Below the pieces are notes generated by a model, which worked only from the letters and a program-made list of their open reading frames with translations, did no database searches and was not told the origin of the DNA. A stretch of 64,000 nt of DNA. It comes from Octopus sinensis. Taxonomy: Eukaryota. Positions 25,463 to 40,260 of the stretch are shown one piece after another; positions within the stretch are counted from its first letter, which is position 1; each line of letters starts with the position of its first letter. Position numbers and translations under genes: made by a program. Location of the stretch: the NCBI RefSeq assembly GCF_006345805.1, contig NC_043013.1, forward strand, positions 4,526,001 to 4,590,000, read 5' to 3'.

Positions 25463-27480
25463 TCAAAAAATGGAGAGTGTACAGATGAAAAGTTGATACC
25501 AGATAACATTGAAAGTCAAAGGTCTTGGAGTGACATAGACAAGAAGGATGCTGAATGGTTGCAAACAGTAGGCTGTCCAAAACAGGCAGAACTAGTCATT
25601 TCAGTTAGGGAAGTAAAGGAAATCAGCAAAAATATGAGCTATGAGCAACTGGAAGGCTCCGGGACCAGATGGAGTTCAAGGGTCCTGGATCAAAAGATTT
25701 GGTGAATGTCATGCACGAATAGCTGCTCAACTCAACACCTTGTTAAATGCCGATCAAGTAACACCAGAGTAACTGGCATTGGGTAGAACAGTGCTGTGCT
25801 TGAAAAATATCGAGAAAGGCAATACGGTAGACAATTACAGGCCGATATCCTGTTTGCCACTTATGTGGAAATTATTGACTCGAATACTCGAATATTCGTA
25901 CATTGCAGAGTCAATGTACGAATATCTGAGGGGAAATGGAGTCCTACCACATGAGCTGATGGGTTGCAAGCGTAAGTGCAGAGGTACCAAGGATCAACTC
26001 CTGATAGACAAAACTGTACTTAGAGACTGCAAGAGGAGGAAAAGTAACTTAGCCATGTCATGGATCGACTATCGTAAGGCGAACGATATGATTCCACAAT
26101 CTTGGATTATGCAATGAATGTATGAACCTATTTGCTATTGCATCGAATGTTGAGCGATTGCTTAGAAAAAGTATGGCGAATTGGAGGACTGACCTGACAG
26201 CATCCGGAAGAAGTTTAGGGATAGTGGAAATCAGGAGGGGCATCTTCCAAGGGGTCTGCTCGTCCCCACATATCTTTGTACTGTGCTTGATAACACTAAC
26301 ATTGATTCTGAGGAAAGCGAAAGCTGGGCATGTATTCAAAAGCCACCAGCAAAAAGTCAACCATTTATTATTCATGAATGACCTCAAATTTTATGGTAAA
26401 GATGAATCCCAAATCAGTTCCCTCATCGATACGGAGTATACTTTCAATGCTGATATCAGAATAGAATTCGGACTGAGAAAGTGTCGTATGTTAGTCTTGA
26501 AGAGGTTATGAAGCAGATAGAAGAGACGGGCTATAAGTACTTGGGAATTTGGGAAATGGATAAATTTATGGAAAAAGAAATTTTAGGTGGAGTACTTGCG
26601 CAGATTGAGACTGATCCTTAAGTCGAAATTAAACGAACGGAATATGATTGAAGCTATCAACACCTGAGCAGTTTCACTCCTTAGATATGGAGCAGGAGTA
26701 ATCGCATGGATAGTAGACGAACAAAACAGCTTAGACAGAAAGACAAGGATGTTGCTAACTAGATATGGGACACTCCACCTAAAAGGTGACACAGACAGCT
26801 TGTATGTACCAAGAGAATGAAGGGGAAGAGGACTTATTGGATGCGAACACAGTATCAGAGCAGGAGAAAACAACATAGCCTGGTATGTAAAAAATGTCAC
26901 AGAGCCGATATTATTAGAAGTAAGAAGGCCAGGCTTGTGTAGGATAAAAGATTGTAAAGATAAAGCATTTGAAAACGAATGAAACTGAAAATAGGTGGGT
27001 AAAGAAAAGTATGCATGGACAATTTCATAGGAATGTTGAAGATAAGACAGACGGAGATCAAAGATGACTGTGGATGACTAAAAGGGATTTAAAACCGGAA
27101 ACGGAGGCTCTAATCTGTGCTGCCCAAGAGCTGACAACAAGGTATGCAATAATGAAGAAAGAAAAGTCGATGGATATGACAGGTTAGCTTGGGAGGTTAA
27201 GCAGTTGTGGTCGATGAAAAATGTGGTAGTAGTACCAATAATTGTCGGGGCCCTGGGAACAGTGAGTAAAAATCTTGAGAAGTACATGGAACAAACAGGA
27301 GCTGCAATAAGGATAGAGCACTTGCAAAAAACAGCACTGCTTGTAACCGCTCGAATACTCCGGATGGTGCTTGAAAAATAAGGGGTGTTACCTCAGTTCA
27401 CTGGTAGTGAACAGCTGACACCGTAATACATCTCCAGCGTTAGAAGCTGTGCAAAGGCAATAATAATAATGATAATAATA
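25463..27480 (+). pseudogene. R4/Dong-like (restriction-like endonuclease) non-LTR retrotransposon relic with (TAA)n tail
   Basis: [89 protein letters not shown] and LQKTALL.TARILR. Confidence 0.9.
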
Positions 27481-27929
27481 GGACTACAGCAAATATTCTG
27501 CTCAATACCACAGATTTGCTTGTCAGTTGTTTGACCTTAACCAGTTGAGCATGTCCCTTAGTGGCTGACGATATGTGCATCTCTGGTCACGAGCAAAAGT
27601 AGTGGGAGGGCATCATAGCCATGTGTTGAGAGGGATTCTTTGGAGTTTGAATAATTCACCTCTGGAAACATGGGTGTTTCGTTCAACATCCTTAAACAAC
27701 CCTTATTCTGGAACCTATTGAGTTACTCGACCAGAAGAAAGTTCTAGCTGGGCTCCACCTGCAAGGTCATGTGCTGTTTTTCTTGATATGAGATCACCAT
27801 GTCGTGCACATATGGTTGTGATGCATGTGCCTAGTGTATCCTTATTAGACGGGTTGTCATGATGAGTATACTGGGCTTCGTATATTTTACCCCGGTGTCA
27901 CTTTGATGTCATGCACTGCTCTCTCACTC

Positions 27930-27962
<33 letters not shown>

Positions 27963-28146
27963 AAGAAGAAGAAGAAGAAGAAGAAGAAATGGATGGAATT
28001 AATAAATATTTCCACGCAACGCTACGCGCATTTTCACCGATGACGTGATTTTTGTGACCATAGTCCGCACTCGTGGAATGACTCCAATACAATCTGTAAT
28101 ATCCATGGACATCAAGTGGGTCATTTCTTCGGGCGATTTTTTTCGG

Positions 28147-28850
<704 letters not shown>

Positions 28851-28879
28851 TAATACACACCCACACACATACATCTGCA

Positions 28880-29330
28880 GACCGTTTCCCGTCTCCTGTT
28901 TACCCTCACCTACCACTCCTCCATCCTGCCCCTCCAACGCACCATTCTCCCAGCCTTCCGGTGACTCCAGTCCGACCCCTCCACCTTGCACATCTTCCCC
29001 AACTTACCCTTTCCCGCTTTCAAACGAACACATAACCGCCTTGACCACAGTTTCTTCCCTAACTTCCAGCCTGGATTGTTCCCCTATACCCACCCACGCT
29101 GCCGCACCTGCATCTACCTTTCCAACACCACCATCTTCAAAGGCACCCATCACCGTCCCAGTCACATCACTGACTCCTTTACCTGCACTTCTACTAACAT
29201 CATTGACTGCATCTCCTGCTTTCTTTGTCCTTCCCTGTACATTGGTCAAACGGGACGCCGCATGGCTGACCGGTTCGTGACGCACTTCCGAGACATCAGA
29301 CTCGGCAACAGCACCCGTGCCGTTTCTGCT
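28880..29330 (+). pseudogene. PLE GIY-YIG endonuclease fragment (Neptune-like)
   Basis: PRCRTC...ITDSFTCTSTNIIDCISCFLCPSLYIGQTGRRMADRFVTHFRDI. Confidence 0.85.
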
Positions 29331-30169
29331 CTTCTGTTGTCTTATTTATATAGTGCTCCTGTGTTGATAATTGGTTAAAACAGTTTTACCAAAGCCACTC
29401 GACTCGATCAATGTCTGCAGTTAGCTATTATTAATTGAATTACCATTTACTATAATGCCGATACTGAATTCCTATTTCTGTAATATTAACTGATTCAGAA
29501 ACAAATAGCTCTCTTGAATAGGACACCAGATAATTACATACCAGGTTTTGTGGAAGAGAGTTTCAATTCAGCTCCTGCGCTCGTCAGATGAGTTGTGGAC
29601 TTCACAGTTCAGAGCAAAGTGTTCTCACCCTTTACGCAACACAAGTGATAAGAAACGAGCCACCTATTCGCGCATCTCACCATTATATGCAATCAAATGC
29701 AATAAATACAAAGTTAATATTTTAAAGTATTTAGTATTTATATTATATCAGTGGGATCTGGCACCAGTTTACTTTCTGTCCATATTAAGTTAGGTGGGGC
29801 ATAAATAACTCATACTTATCTTATTCATATATTTTATAAAACCGAGAATTCGATAATTGGTAAATGCTAGAATACATGCACCATTTATACACTAATGCTA
29901 GATGCACCATTTGCACACTAATATCTTTAGTATATATTCAAACTTATGTCCATTTCATTAATATATATTATATTAATGAAATGTTTAGCTGCTCGAAGCA
30001 CTTTTCAAAATAATAAGCTATTTTTGTTTATCATAAAATCTTTCATCTGTAAATCGGCAGTTCGTTCTTTGTTTATTTACATATGAATTTTATATTAATG
30101 AGACGTGTTTACGCTGTGTTGAGTATTGAACAAGAGATACAAACTATCGATCAGTCAACCAATGGATTA

Positions 30170-30580
30170 CTCTTTTACTCTTTTACTTGTTTCAGTCATT
30201 TGACTGCGGCCATGCTGGAGCACTGCCTTTTAATCGAGCAACTCGACCCCGGGACTTATTCTTTGTAAGACCAGTACTTATTCTATCGGTCTCTTTTGTC
30301 GAACCGCTAAGTGACGGGGACATAAACACACACACCAGCATCGGTTGTCAAGCAATGCTAGGGGGACAAACACAGACACACAAACACACACACATACACA
30401 TACATATATATATATACATATATACGACGGGCTTCTTTCAGTTTCTGTCTACCAAATCCACTCCCAAGGCTTTGGTCGGCCCGAGGCTATAGTAGAAGAC
30501 ACTTGCCCAAGGTGCCACGCAGTGGGACTGAACCCGGAACCATGTGGTTGGTAAGCAAGCTACTTACCACACAGCCACTC
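30170..30580 (-). mobile_element. SINE family A
   Basis: Consensus match. Confidence 0.9.
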
Positions 30581-30820
30581 AAATATCTTGGCTAAATAGA
30601 ATTTTATGTATTTTATGAGTCCACATTACTGAATATCATTAAACGAAAGGCTGCGTATTCTGCGCGGATGAGACAACGATGTAAAAATGACGTTCGTGTC
30701 TTTTTAAAAAGCATTGGCATCCAAAACAGTGAAATTACTTCGGTCGAAAATGAAACCGTACCACAATCTCCGTTTGTTGGCATCTCATATTCTTATCTTC
30801 AGTACTCGGTACTTCATGAT

Positions 30821-31052
30821 AGGCGGTGAGCTGGCAGAGTGGTTAGCACGCCGGGCGAAATGCTTAGCGGTATTTCGTCTGCCGTTACGTTGAGAGTTCA
30901 AATTCCGCCGAGGTCTACTTTGCCTTTCATCCCTTCGGGGTCGATAAATTAAGTACCAGTTACCCACTGGGGTCGATGTAATCGACTTAATACCTATGTC
31001 TGTCCTTGTTTGTCCCCTCTATGTTTAGCCCCTTGTGGGTAGTAAAGAAATA
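30821..31052 (+). mobile_element. SINE family B
   Basis: Consensus match. Confidence 0.9.
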
Positions 31053-31962
31053 GGTACTCCATGATAAACCTTTCTTACACTGGCACAAAGTTTCGAATCT
31101 GAACTGTGAACACTCAAACGTATCACTCGCAGTAAATGATTGATACAGATTTAAGGACCACGAATGATGAAAAGCAAAAGAAAACTGCAATGACATTTGA
31201 ACTCAAGCCATAGATGTATAGAAGTAAATAATTATTTCGTGCGATGATTACCTGTTTCTGATAAATGCTTGGATAAAAAAGACTTTACACTCGAATTGTA
31301 CAGCCTCAGGTTAAACAATAAACTAGTAAATATGAAATGTATTTGTCAGCTCAATTTCATTTCTCTTGCAAATGAACTGAAGAAATTCTCTTGAGGAAAA
31401 GTTTCTATGAACAGCTGTTCCTGTCGGTTCCTGTGTAGAACAGTGCAATTCAATTTTCTAATTATTTCCAGAAGCGTAGATTTATGTGAAATAACAAGTT
31501 ATAAACTGTGTTGGCTAGAATAATAAAAAAAAGGATTCATTATGGTAAATTGGTAAATTTTAACAAGTGGAAGCAAAAGAAACTTATTTTATTCTTTACT
31601 TGAGTTAGTATATTTACTCTCTTTTGTATGAACTATTCGAACATAAAACAGCTCACAGGAGTTATATTACAGAAAGACTGAATTTGCAAGGAAGAAAAGA
31701 ACAAATTACAATAGCTACATAATCAAAAGACATACGTTTTCATTTATTTTGAAGTTGCTTCTTTCTTGAATGGCATTTACAAGACACATTCATTTAACAG
31801 CTTCAGGTTGCGTAGGAAACTGCCACTCATCATTAATTCTAGGGGCTTCAATATTCGAAGCAATCAACTTAAATAGGAAGTGGTTTTAAAAGATTTAGCT
31901 ATTCTTGTCGCACATCAAGTTGCCACATAAAGGCTTCCAAACTGGCTCCTACAATATATATA

Positions 31963-32302
31963 TATAATTATAATAATAAGGGTTTTTTGCAACAAGTTGC
32001 TTAACCACATACCGAAAATTTTAGAAATAGCAGCCAAGAGACTACTATTTCCTTTTACTACAACAATATTTGTAACTCACAGATGGCAAAAAAAGAAGAA
32101 AAATAATGAAATCACACAGTCTTCGGTCACATTCTTATTTTTCTTCTTTTTTTTTTGCCATATGTGAGTTACAAATATTGTTGTCTGTGGAGACTTATTT
32201 TTGTAGTAAAAGGAAATAGTAGTTTTTTGGCTGCTATTTCTAAAATTTTCGGTTTGTGGTTTAAGCAACTTGTTGCAAAAAACCCTTATTATTATAATTA
32301 TA
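31963..32302. repeat. ~340-bp foldback element
   Basis: 31963-32068 is the near-perfect reverse complement of 32197-32302. An inner pair 32065-32110 / 32132-32179 is also inverted. Confidence 0.88.
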
Positions 32303-32427
32303 TAAATTTTTACCGAATATGGTCCTTTTCCATACCGAAATACTACTTGGTGAAATTTGTTGATTTTATTAAATTAATTATATTTCACCCTATATCTGTA
32401 ATGACTATATATATATATATATATATA

Positions 32428-32717
32428 TCACCGTGATCACCGTGACCGACCAAGCTATGAGATATTGCTACACATCACTGGTCACAATGCGCTTCACATT
32501 GTTTTAGCCTTCAAATGACGCCACCCCGCCGGCTAAGCAAACAGGCTAACAGAAGAAAGAGTGAGAGAAGGTTGTGGCGAAAGAGTACAGCAGGGATCGC
32601 CACCACCCTCTGAAGGAGCCTCGTGGAGCTTTAGTGTTTTCGCTCAATAAACACTCATAACGCCCGGTCTGGGAATCGAAACCGCTAGTCCGCTGCCCTA
32701 ACCACTGAGCCATTACG

Positions 32718-32718
<1 letters not shown>
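32428..32718 (-). mobile_element. SINE family C, tail variant 2
   Basis: Head and core are shared with 24765-25109 but the tail differs. Confidence 0.85.
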
Positions 32719-32765
<47 letters not shown>

Positions 32766-32862
32766 TTTATTTATTTATTTTTATATATATATATATATAA
32801 TATATATATATATTATTTATTTATTTATTTATTATATATATATATAAATAAATAAATAAATA

Positions 32863-32895
<33 letters not shown>

Positions 32896-32985
32896 CTATA
32901 TATATATATTATATATTTATTTATTTATTTATTATATATATATATTATAATATATATATATATAATATATTTATTTATTTATTTA

Positions 32986-33075
<90 letters not shown>

Positions 33076-33238
33076 TAATTATTTATTTATATATTATTAT
33101 ATATATATATATATATATAATATATATATTTATTTATTTATATATATATAGATATATATATATATATATTATAATATATATATATAATATATATATATAT
33201 ATTTATTTATTTATTATTTATATATATATATATATATA
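32719..33238. repeat. Long (TA)n/(TTTA)n compound microsatellite
   Basis: Read directly from the sequence. Confidence 0.95.
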
Positions 33239-34108
33239 CTACAGCTTAGCCTTAGAGGAGGCAGGATATAAAAAAATTAGTATTCAGCAAGGGAAACCAA
33301 AATAGGTAGATGTAAGGTAACCTATCCAGACCCCAATTGTATCACATAAAAACCCACTACCCCACCCTGCCCCACTCCATATAAGGATAAAGAAACAAGT
33401 AAAAGCAAGGAAGAATGAGACGAGAGGGCATAACTGAAGAATGAGAAGCTGTGGAGAGAATGGCAAGGGTTCGATCGAGGATGAACTGCATACGAAAGCA
33501 AACGGCCGAAAGAAGAGCAGGAGCCACGATACGCCGTACATTATAGGAGCACTCCGTCGGTTACGACGACGAACATCCCAGCTGATACGGAATATTCAGG
33601 GGTCGATTTGCTCGACCCCTGAAGGCCTTGCTCCAGCATGGCCACAGTCAAAATGACTGAAACAAGTAAAAGAGTAAAAGATATATATATATATATATAT
33701 ATATACGTATATGTATAAATGTGTGTATGTATATGTACGTGTATCTTTCTGCATACTAATACATGTTTGTTTGTACTCCACCTGCCTTCGTTTTTTGTTT
33801 ATTTTCGTAAACCTTCCCGTTATATATAGACGAAGAGCTCCGCTCGAAACGTCAAACCCTCCTTCTTCCCTTCTTTCCTGAGCGTCCAATAATACTTTAT
33901 TTGTTCCACGTCCTTACATATATATATATATACATATATATATATACATATATATATATACATAAATATATACATATATATATATATACATTATATATAT
34001 ATATATTATAATACATATATATATATATATATATAATAATACAATATATATATATATATATATAATACATATATATATAATATATAATACATATATATAT
34101 ATATATAT

Positions 34109-34151
<43 letters not shown>

Positions 34152-34160
34152 TATGCGGAT

Positions 34161-34279
34161 GCTTACGGTCATATCACTTTGAAAACACCGGTTCTCGTCC
34201 GATCACTGAAGTTAAGCAACATCGAGCCTACTTAGTACTTAGATGGGTGACCGCTTGGAAAACCTAGGTGCTGTAAGCA
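34161..34279 (+). rRNA. Dispersed full-length 5S rRNA-like copy (probable pseudogene or SINE3 head)
   Basis: 119 nt: gcttacggtcatatcac...ttctcgtccgatcactgaagttaagc...ttagtacttagatgggtgaccgc...gtgctgtaagc. Terminal helix and box A/C are recognisable. It is a single copy with no T4 terminator. Confidence 0.88.
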
Positions 34280-34385
34280 TTAAACGGCGGTTGGTGAAAT
34301 ACAATTCATTTACATGGGATTTTGATAAACTATGTTGTTTCCTTGAAATTATGGGGGTATTCAGGGGAAAAATCATTTTAGAGGT

Positions 34386-34640
34386 TTTTAGTCGAGCAAA
34401 TCGACCCCAGGACTTATTCTTTGCAAGCCTAGTATTTATTCTATCGGTCTCTTTTACGGGGACTCAAACACAGCACCATCGGTTGTCAAGCGATGTTGGG
34501 GGGGGGGACAAACACAGACACACAAACACACACATATATATACACATATATACGACGGGCTTCTTTCAGTTTCCGTCAACCAAATCCACTCACAAGGCTT
34601 TGGTCGGCCCGAGGCTATAGTAGGAGACACTTGCCCAAGT
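34386..34640 (-). mobile_element. SINE family A, partial
   Basis: Consensus match. Confidence 0.85.
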
Positions 34641-35712
34641 TTGTTTCGCGCAATGTCCTAGCTTACAAATGCCGTGTGCATGTGAAACTGAAACACATTT
34701 CTCAGTGTATCGAAGTTTGATCACTCGATGAGCATTCAAAATGTGACTATCCTATATTTTTTTCTAGCTTATTAGATGCTGAAGAAAGTACTGTATCCCA
34801 TACAGTATGCCTTTGCATCCATGTAGCATGGTACAGGCGGGTGCAATAGCTCTGTGGATTGTACCTTAGTCATTTGAATAACTGGCTGCCATCCATAGAG
34901 TTGCTCGATCAGAGTTAATCTAAGACAACGAACTTTAAAACCTCTAAAATGATTTTCCCCCCTGAACACACCATAATTTCAATGAAACAATATGGTGATT
35001 GTAACAATTCTACAGCAGACATACCACATATTGAAAACTTAGGAAGATGGCATAAATATTCACGAGGCTGGGGCACATTGTCATCTCGAAAAACAGCACT
35101 GATCATAAATATAAGCAGAGGGTTGGGTTTGACATGTTCGGACAAATTCCACCCCCAGCAGCTTGTGTGGGCTCCACAGTATTGGAACATACTCTGCATA
35201 AAAATATGAAAACATTTTCATTAATACAATCTTATAAATGCCACTCGCGAATGATTGATGCATACAATCATTTTTACTATTTTATTATTTTTAGCATCAT
35301 CGCCAACAGCATCACTACTATTAACACATCTCACCTCATCAGTAATTATCTTTATTCCCACCAATGTCTTTACCAACATTTATTATTTATTTATTATCAT
35401 CAGTACTTTCACATGTGTGTGGGCGGCCCCGCAATGTGTGCGCGTGTTTATATGTGTAAAGGCTAAGAGACTTGATATTATTGGTAATTATCATTTTCGC
35501 TTCACAATTACAATTATAAAATCCCTTTTTATGACAATATTTCTTTGCAGCTGCTCACAAACAAGTTTTGAGTCAGAAATAGCTTTTTTCAGTTCAGATC
35601 AAGTCTGTCAGAAAATCACTGAAGTTTTTTTTTTCTTTCTTTCTTCTTAAGTTTATTTTTTCCAAATGAGTAATTCTTGAAATATATCTTTACATGTACT
35701 TGTGTTGTGGAG

Positions 35713-36067
<355 letters not shown>

Positions 36068-37502
36068 CCCTTGAAGGGAGGGACCGAAAATGTTGAGATA
36101 GCAATTCATCTATCCACGGCCAACAAAGTTCATGCAAAGCAGTTCGTGAAAAGAGGCGCCACCTATCACTTTGGATCTCTGTTTTACTATTAACGGCAGA
36201 TGAAGAATTTCCCCAAAAGGAGATGAACATGGTGGACAAGGGCAAGGGACCGAGCATGACATTGACATACGACCCTATCATCAGAAATTGGATTACGGGA
36301 GGGTCTTGAATTGTAAAATATTTATATCATAGTAACCAGAAAGAATTCTCTTTTATCATGATAGCAGTTATCAAAAAAGAAATAGCTCCAGAAGTAGCTT
36401 AGTCAAACTCATTCATTAATTGTTGATAGTTCGGAAATTGAATAGCCCTCACGTATTCTGCGCTATGTTTTTGATACCGTTATCTGTGAAGAATTTATTG
36501 GCTATCAAGTAGTTTCATACCAAGAACTTCTGCAATACATATTATCGGTGCTGAACTCTATTGGTATTTGAACTCAGAACGTAACAGCAGACGAAATACG
36601 GCAACGCATTTCGCCCGGTGTGCTAACATTTCTGCCAGCTCGCTGCCTTTCAGTGAAGTAATATCGTTGCATTTGATATCAGTAAAGTTTGCAAATGTCC
36701 TGCACAAGAATCCCCTAGTTACTTTGGGGATCCATCTGTCTCCTATCTCTCCGATCAAAAGCTTTTTGTTGGACTGCAGCATTGCCGAAAACCTCTCCGG
36801 CTAACACCATAACATTTGGTTTATCTTCAGCATTCATGATTCTGTATATTTATGGTTGAATTACTGTCAAGTACGCAGAAATATTACTCATCATTTGGCA
36901 AATGTGCACACTCAACAAATTAAAGACTACATTCTGTTTAAAACCAAAAACTATTTCACACATCGCTGTTACTAATCTTCTACAAGACCCAAGTGAAATT
37001 CACAGTAGAATACTGCTCCCACATCTGATATAGCGCTGTTTGTGGCTGCTGCTGCATCTGTTGTTGCTGTGGCTGCTGCTGTTGTGACTGCTGCTGCTGC
37101 TATGGCTTCTGCTGCTGTTGCTGTTGTTGTTACTGCTACACACACTCGGAAAGGCACTGGACTGTTTAGCATAAAATCGCTCAACACACTTTAACTTCTG
37201 GCCCACCAGTATGTTGTCTAATCATACCGATCTTACACGTCTGGAAGGGTCTATGACAGATATTGGTAGAACCTCTTTCTCCAAAACAAAGCAATATAAG
37301 AAAGCCTAAAAATTACAACGCTTCACTTAGGTTGACCTGCTAGAATTAGTTGTCATATCTCAATTTCACTACACCCGACAATATCCCTAAACAAACACCA
37401 ACATCTAGAAAACTTCAATCTGATGATAATGTGCAAGAAAAAGACGGTGGAGTCACAAACAAAACTACAGATGAAGGATGAAAACTCGACAGAGACGATT
37501 TC

Positions 37503-37665
37503 ACAAATCGACAGGTAAATTAACAAATCGACAGGTAAATTAACAAATCGACAGGTAAATTAACAAATCGACAGGTAAATTAACAAATCGACAGGTAAAT
37601 TAACAAATCGACAGGTAAATTAACAAATCGACAGGTAAATTAACAAATCGACAGGTAAATTAACA
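37503..37665. repeat. Perfect 20-bp minisatellite, 8 copies (acaaatcgacaggtaaatta)
   Basis: Identical head-to-tail units with no spacers. Confidence 0.95.
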
Positions 37666-37911
37666 CACATTTTGAAGTGGCGACTTTGTACGTAAGCAAA
37701 CACATAAGTCGAAAACGCAGGAAATAGATAAAATTTGGTGGTTTATCTATTATCTAAGCACAATAGATAAACCAGCAAATTTCGTCTCTAACATACTTCG
37801 GAAAACAGAACACAGGAAACAGAAATTACCATCATTCCCTTCGTATTAAAATTTCATTTTCAGTATCGATCTAGCCGCATATAGCACAATAATGGTGAAA
37901 TAATATACACA

Positions 37912-38146
37912 AAGGCGGCGAGCTGGTAGAAACGTTAGCACGCCGGGCGAAATTCGTAGCCGTTTTTCGTCTGTCGTTGCGTTCCGAGTTCAAATTCCGC
38001 CGAGGTTTGACTTTGCCTTTCATCCTTTCGGGGTCGATAAATTAAGTACCAGTTACGCACTGGGGTCGATGTAATCGACTTAATACCTTTGTCTGTCCTT
38101 GTTTGTCCCCTCTGTGTTTAGCCCCCTTGTGGGTAGTAAAGAAATA
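37912..38146 (+). mobile_element. SINE family B with TSD
   Basis: Consensus match; aatatacacaaag occurs on both flanks. Confidence 0.9.
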
Positions 38147-38447
38147 AATATACACAAAGACATAACACATACACTAAACAATCAAAGCCAAAGTAGCCAA
38201 ATGTACTAACCCAATCTTATACGTTACACCAGATTTATAGTACCAATACCGAGGAAACAACCTTAAGAAGAAAAAAATTTGATTTCACAATTCCGCAATT
38301 CCGCAAACCCGAGTAGTACTACAATATTTACTATCAAGTTGTCATTCCTTTACATTCCATATTTTAGCATGCACCTATCATCACTATTATTATTGTTATT
38401 ATTCTAGTTATTACACCTAAGATACTTTGTTGTTGGAGTTTCATTAA

Positions 38448-40260
38448 CCCATTAATGCATAGCGTCCAGAAAGATGTGCACAGGAAAAATTACTATTGCT
38501 TGTTAAAACTACCTATTGAGTTTATTTTTGGTATAATCTGCTTCTAAACTAGGGCTCTATGAGTGAGCAAGTACTGCGTACAAACAAACCAACTGTACAC
38601 ATACAAGACAAATAATGTTCAGTGTGGTGCCATGGCTGCTTCAAAGGGTAAGTTTTATTTACAACTAGCAGTATCGCCCGGCGTTGCTCGGGTTTGTAAG
38701 GGAAACAACTATATAAGCATTTTTAGAGAGTTACTTCCCTTATATAAGCCGAGCAAAAATCATTAAAAATGCGGAAAAATGATGGTAATTTTTTTTTTGA
38801 TCGTAAACTCATCGTAGACGCGCGCTAATACCCAGAAGGGCTTGATATGAATCACGACTATAAGATACCCGCTTTTGGTTAAACTGCACCACAAAATGTG
38901 GGAGTAGTTAGGAATCTAAATCGGAGGAGACAGAGTCTCACACACACAACTTCAATTTTATATATAAAGATTTGCAAAGATACCATTCATTTTCCTGGTT
39001 ATAGTGTGAATGAAAGTTGAAATTAGGGTATCTTTTATGAGTATAATACGGAGAAAAAGTGATAGTGAATGATATTCAATAGTTATAATGCTTTATTTTT
39101 GGTGTCCATTTTTATGAACGTAATGCACTCTACAGTCCATATGATCGCTTTTCTCATTTTCAGGTTGAAACGATCAGAAATATTGAAACTATTGGATGAC
39201 GAAATTGAAACTGGTAATATAGTTCTTCATATACGTGATGAATATTATAAAGCTACCGCTGACGCAGATTCTGATGCTTCAGATGAAGAATCAGCTGGAG
39301 ATACGAATAATCTTGGTCCTGTCCCCCTCAATAGGACGTGTGATTTCAACCCTCACGTGCCTTCAAATGCTGCAGCTGTTGATGTTGACGAAGCACAAGC
39401 TACTCCACTTTCAAAGACGGCCAAGAAAGGTAGACCAAACCCAATTGAATGGTCTCGTACAGTTCCTGTATTCGATATCAACTGCGAACGAACTGGAGAC
39501 TGTAATTCCTGAAGAAGTATTATCAGCTAGCAGCGAATTAGATATATTCAAATGTTTTATTGATAATGCCTTCATAGATAATTCAGTAGAACAAACTAAC
39601 ATATACGCATTACAGCAAAGCAAGACTTTGAATATTACGAGTGATGAACTTTGGGTTATATTTGGAGCATTTTTATTGTCTGGGTACGCTAAATACCCCA
39701 ATAAGAGGCTTTATTGGTCACGTGAGAATGATTGCCCAGAACCTCTTTATGATGCTATCAGATGTAATAGAATTGCTCTTCAACGACAATACACGCATTG
39801 ACGGATCGGATCGTCTTTACAAATTACAGCCTCTTCTTCAACATCAGCAAACAAAATTTGTTCAGCTCAATCCACTTGACAAAAATTTATCTATTGACGA
39901 GTCAATGTCCCTTACTACAGAATACACTATGCTAAGCAGTGTATAAAAGGGAAACCAATACGATTCGGGTCAGAACGTTAAGAGGTGACTGATACTATCT
40001 TCTGAAATGTATCTTTGCTTTTCCCTCACAGAATCAAGTCACAAATTCATTGTGACCATCACCAAGTGCTTCACATGCAGCTGCACTTCATTTGTACAGG
40101 CATAGAATATTGTTACAATATTAAATAAGTAAAGGATTTGCTTGTACATCAATTTCTCGCTTCCCAACTTGCAGCGGGATCTTCTAGTCTTTTGTCAGAA
40201 TGATCCCCACTACCATTACACAAACTCGAAACTTTCCGACCAATAAAAACCCTACACATA
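38448..40260 (+). mobile_element. piggyBac (PGBD2/3-like) transposon relic
   Basis: Candidate TTAA|CCC left end at 38444-38450. Transposase pieces include VEQTNIYALQ...DELWVIFGAFLLSGY...RLYWS, DRLYKLQPL, NLSIDESM and KQCIKGKPIRFG. Confidence 0.8.
38665..38970 (-). mobile_element. Non-autonomous Helitron nested in the piggyBac relic
   Basis: Reverse complement of the 12125-12635 ends (TC...hairpin...CTAG). Confidence 0.85.

Noticed and set aside
29548-29595. Minus-strand CTGACGA...GAAA motif near the GIY-YIG fragment
   Set aside because: I could not form convincing stems I, II or III.
36972-37206. Ala/Thr-rich and Ser-rich ORFs
   Set aside because: They come from a degenerate (GCT/GTT)n tract with no domain motif or splice support.
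37503-37665. CRISPR-like array
   Set aside because: The units are contiguous with no spacers, there are no cas genes, and the context is eukaryotic. It is a minisatellite.
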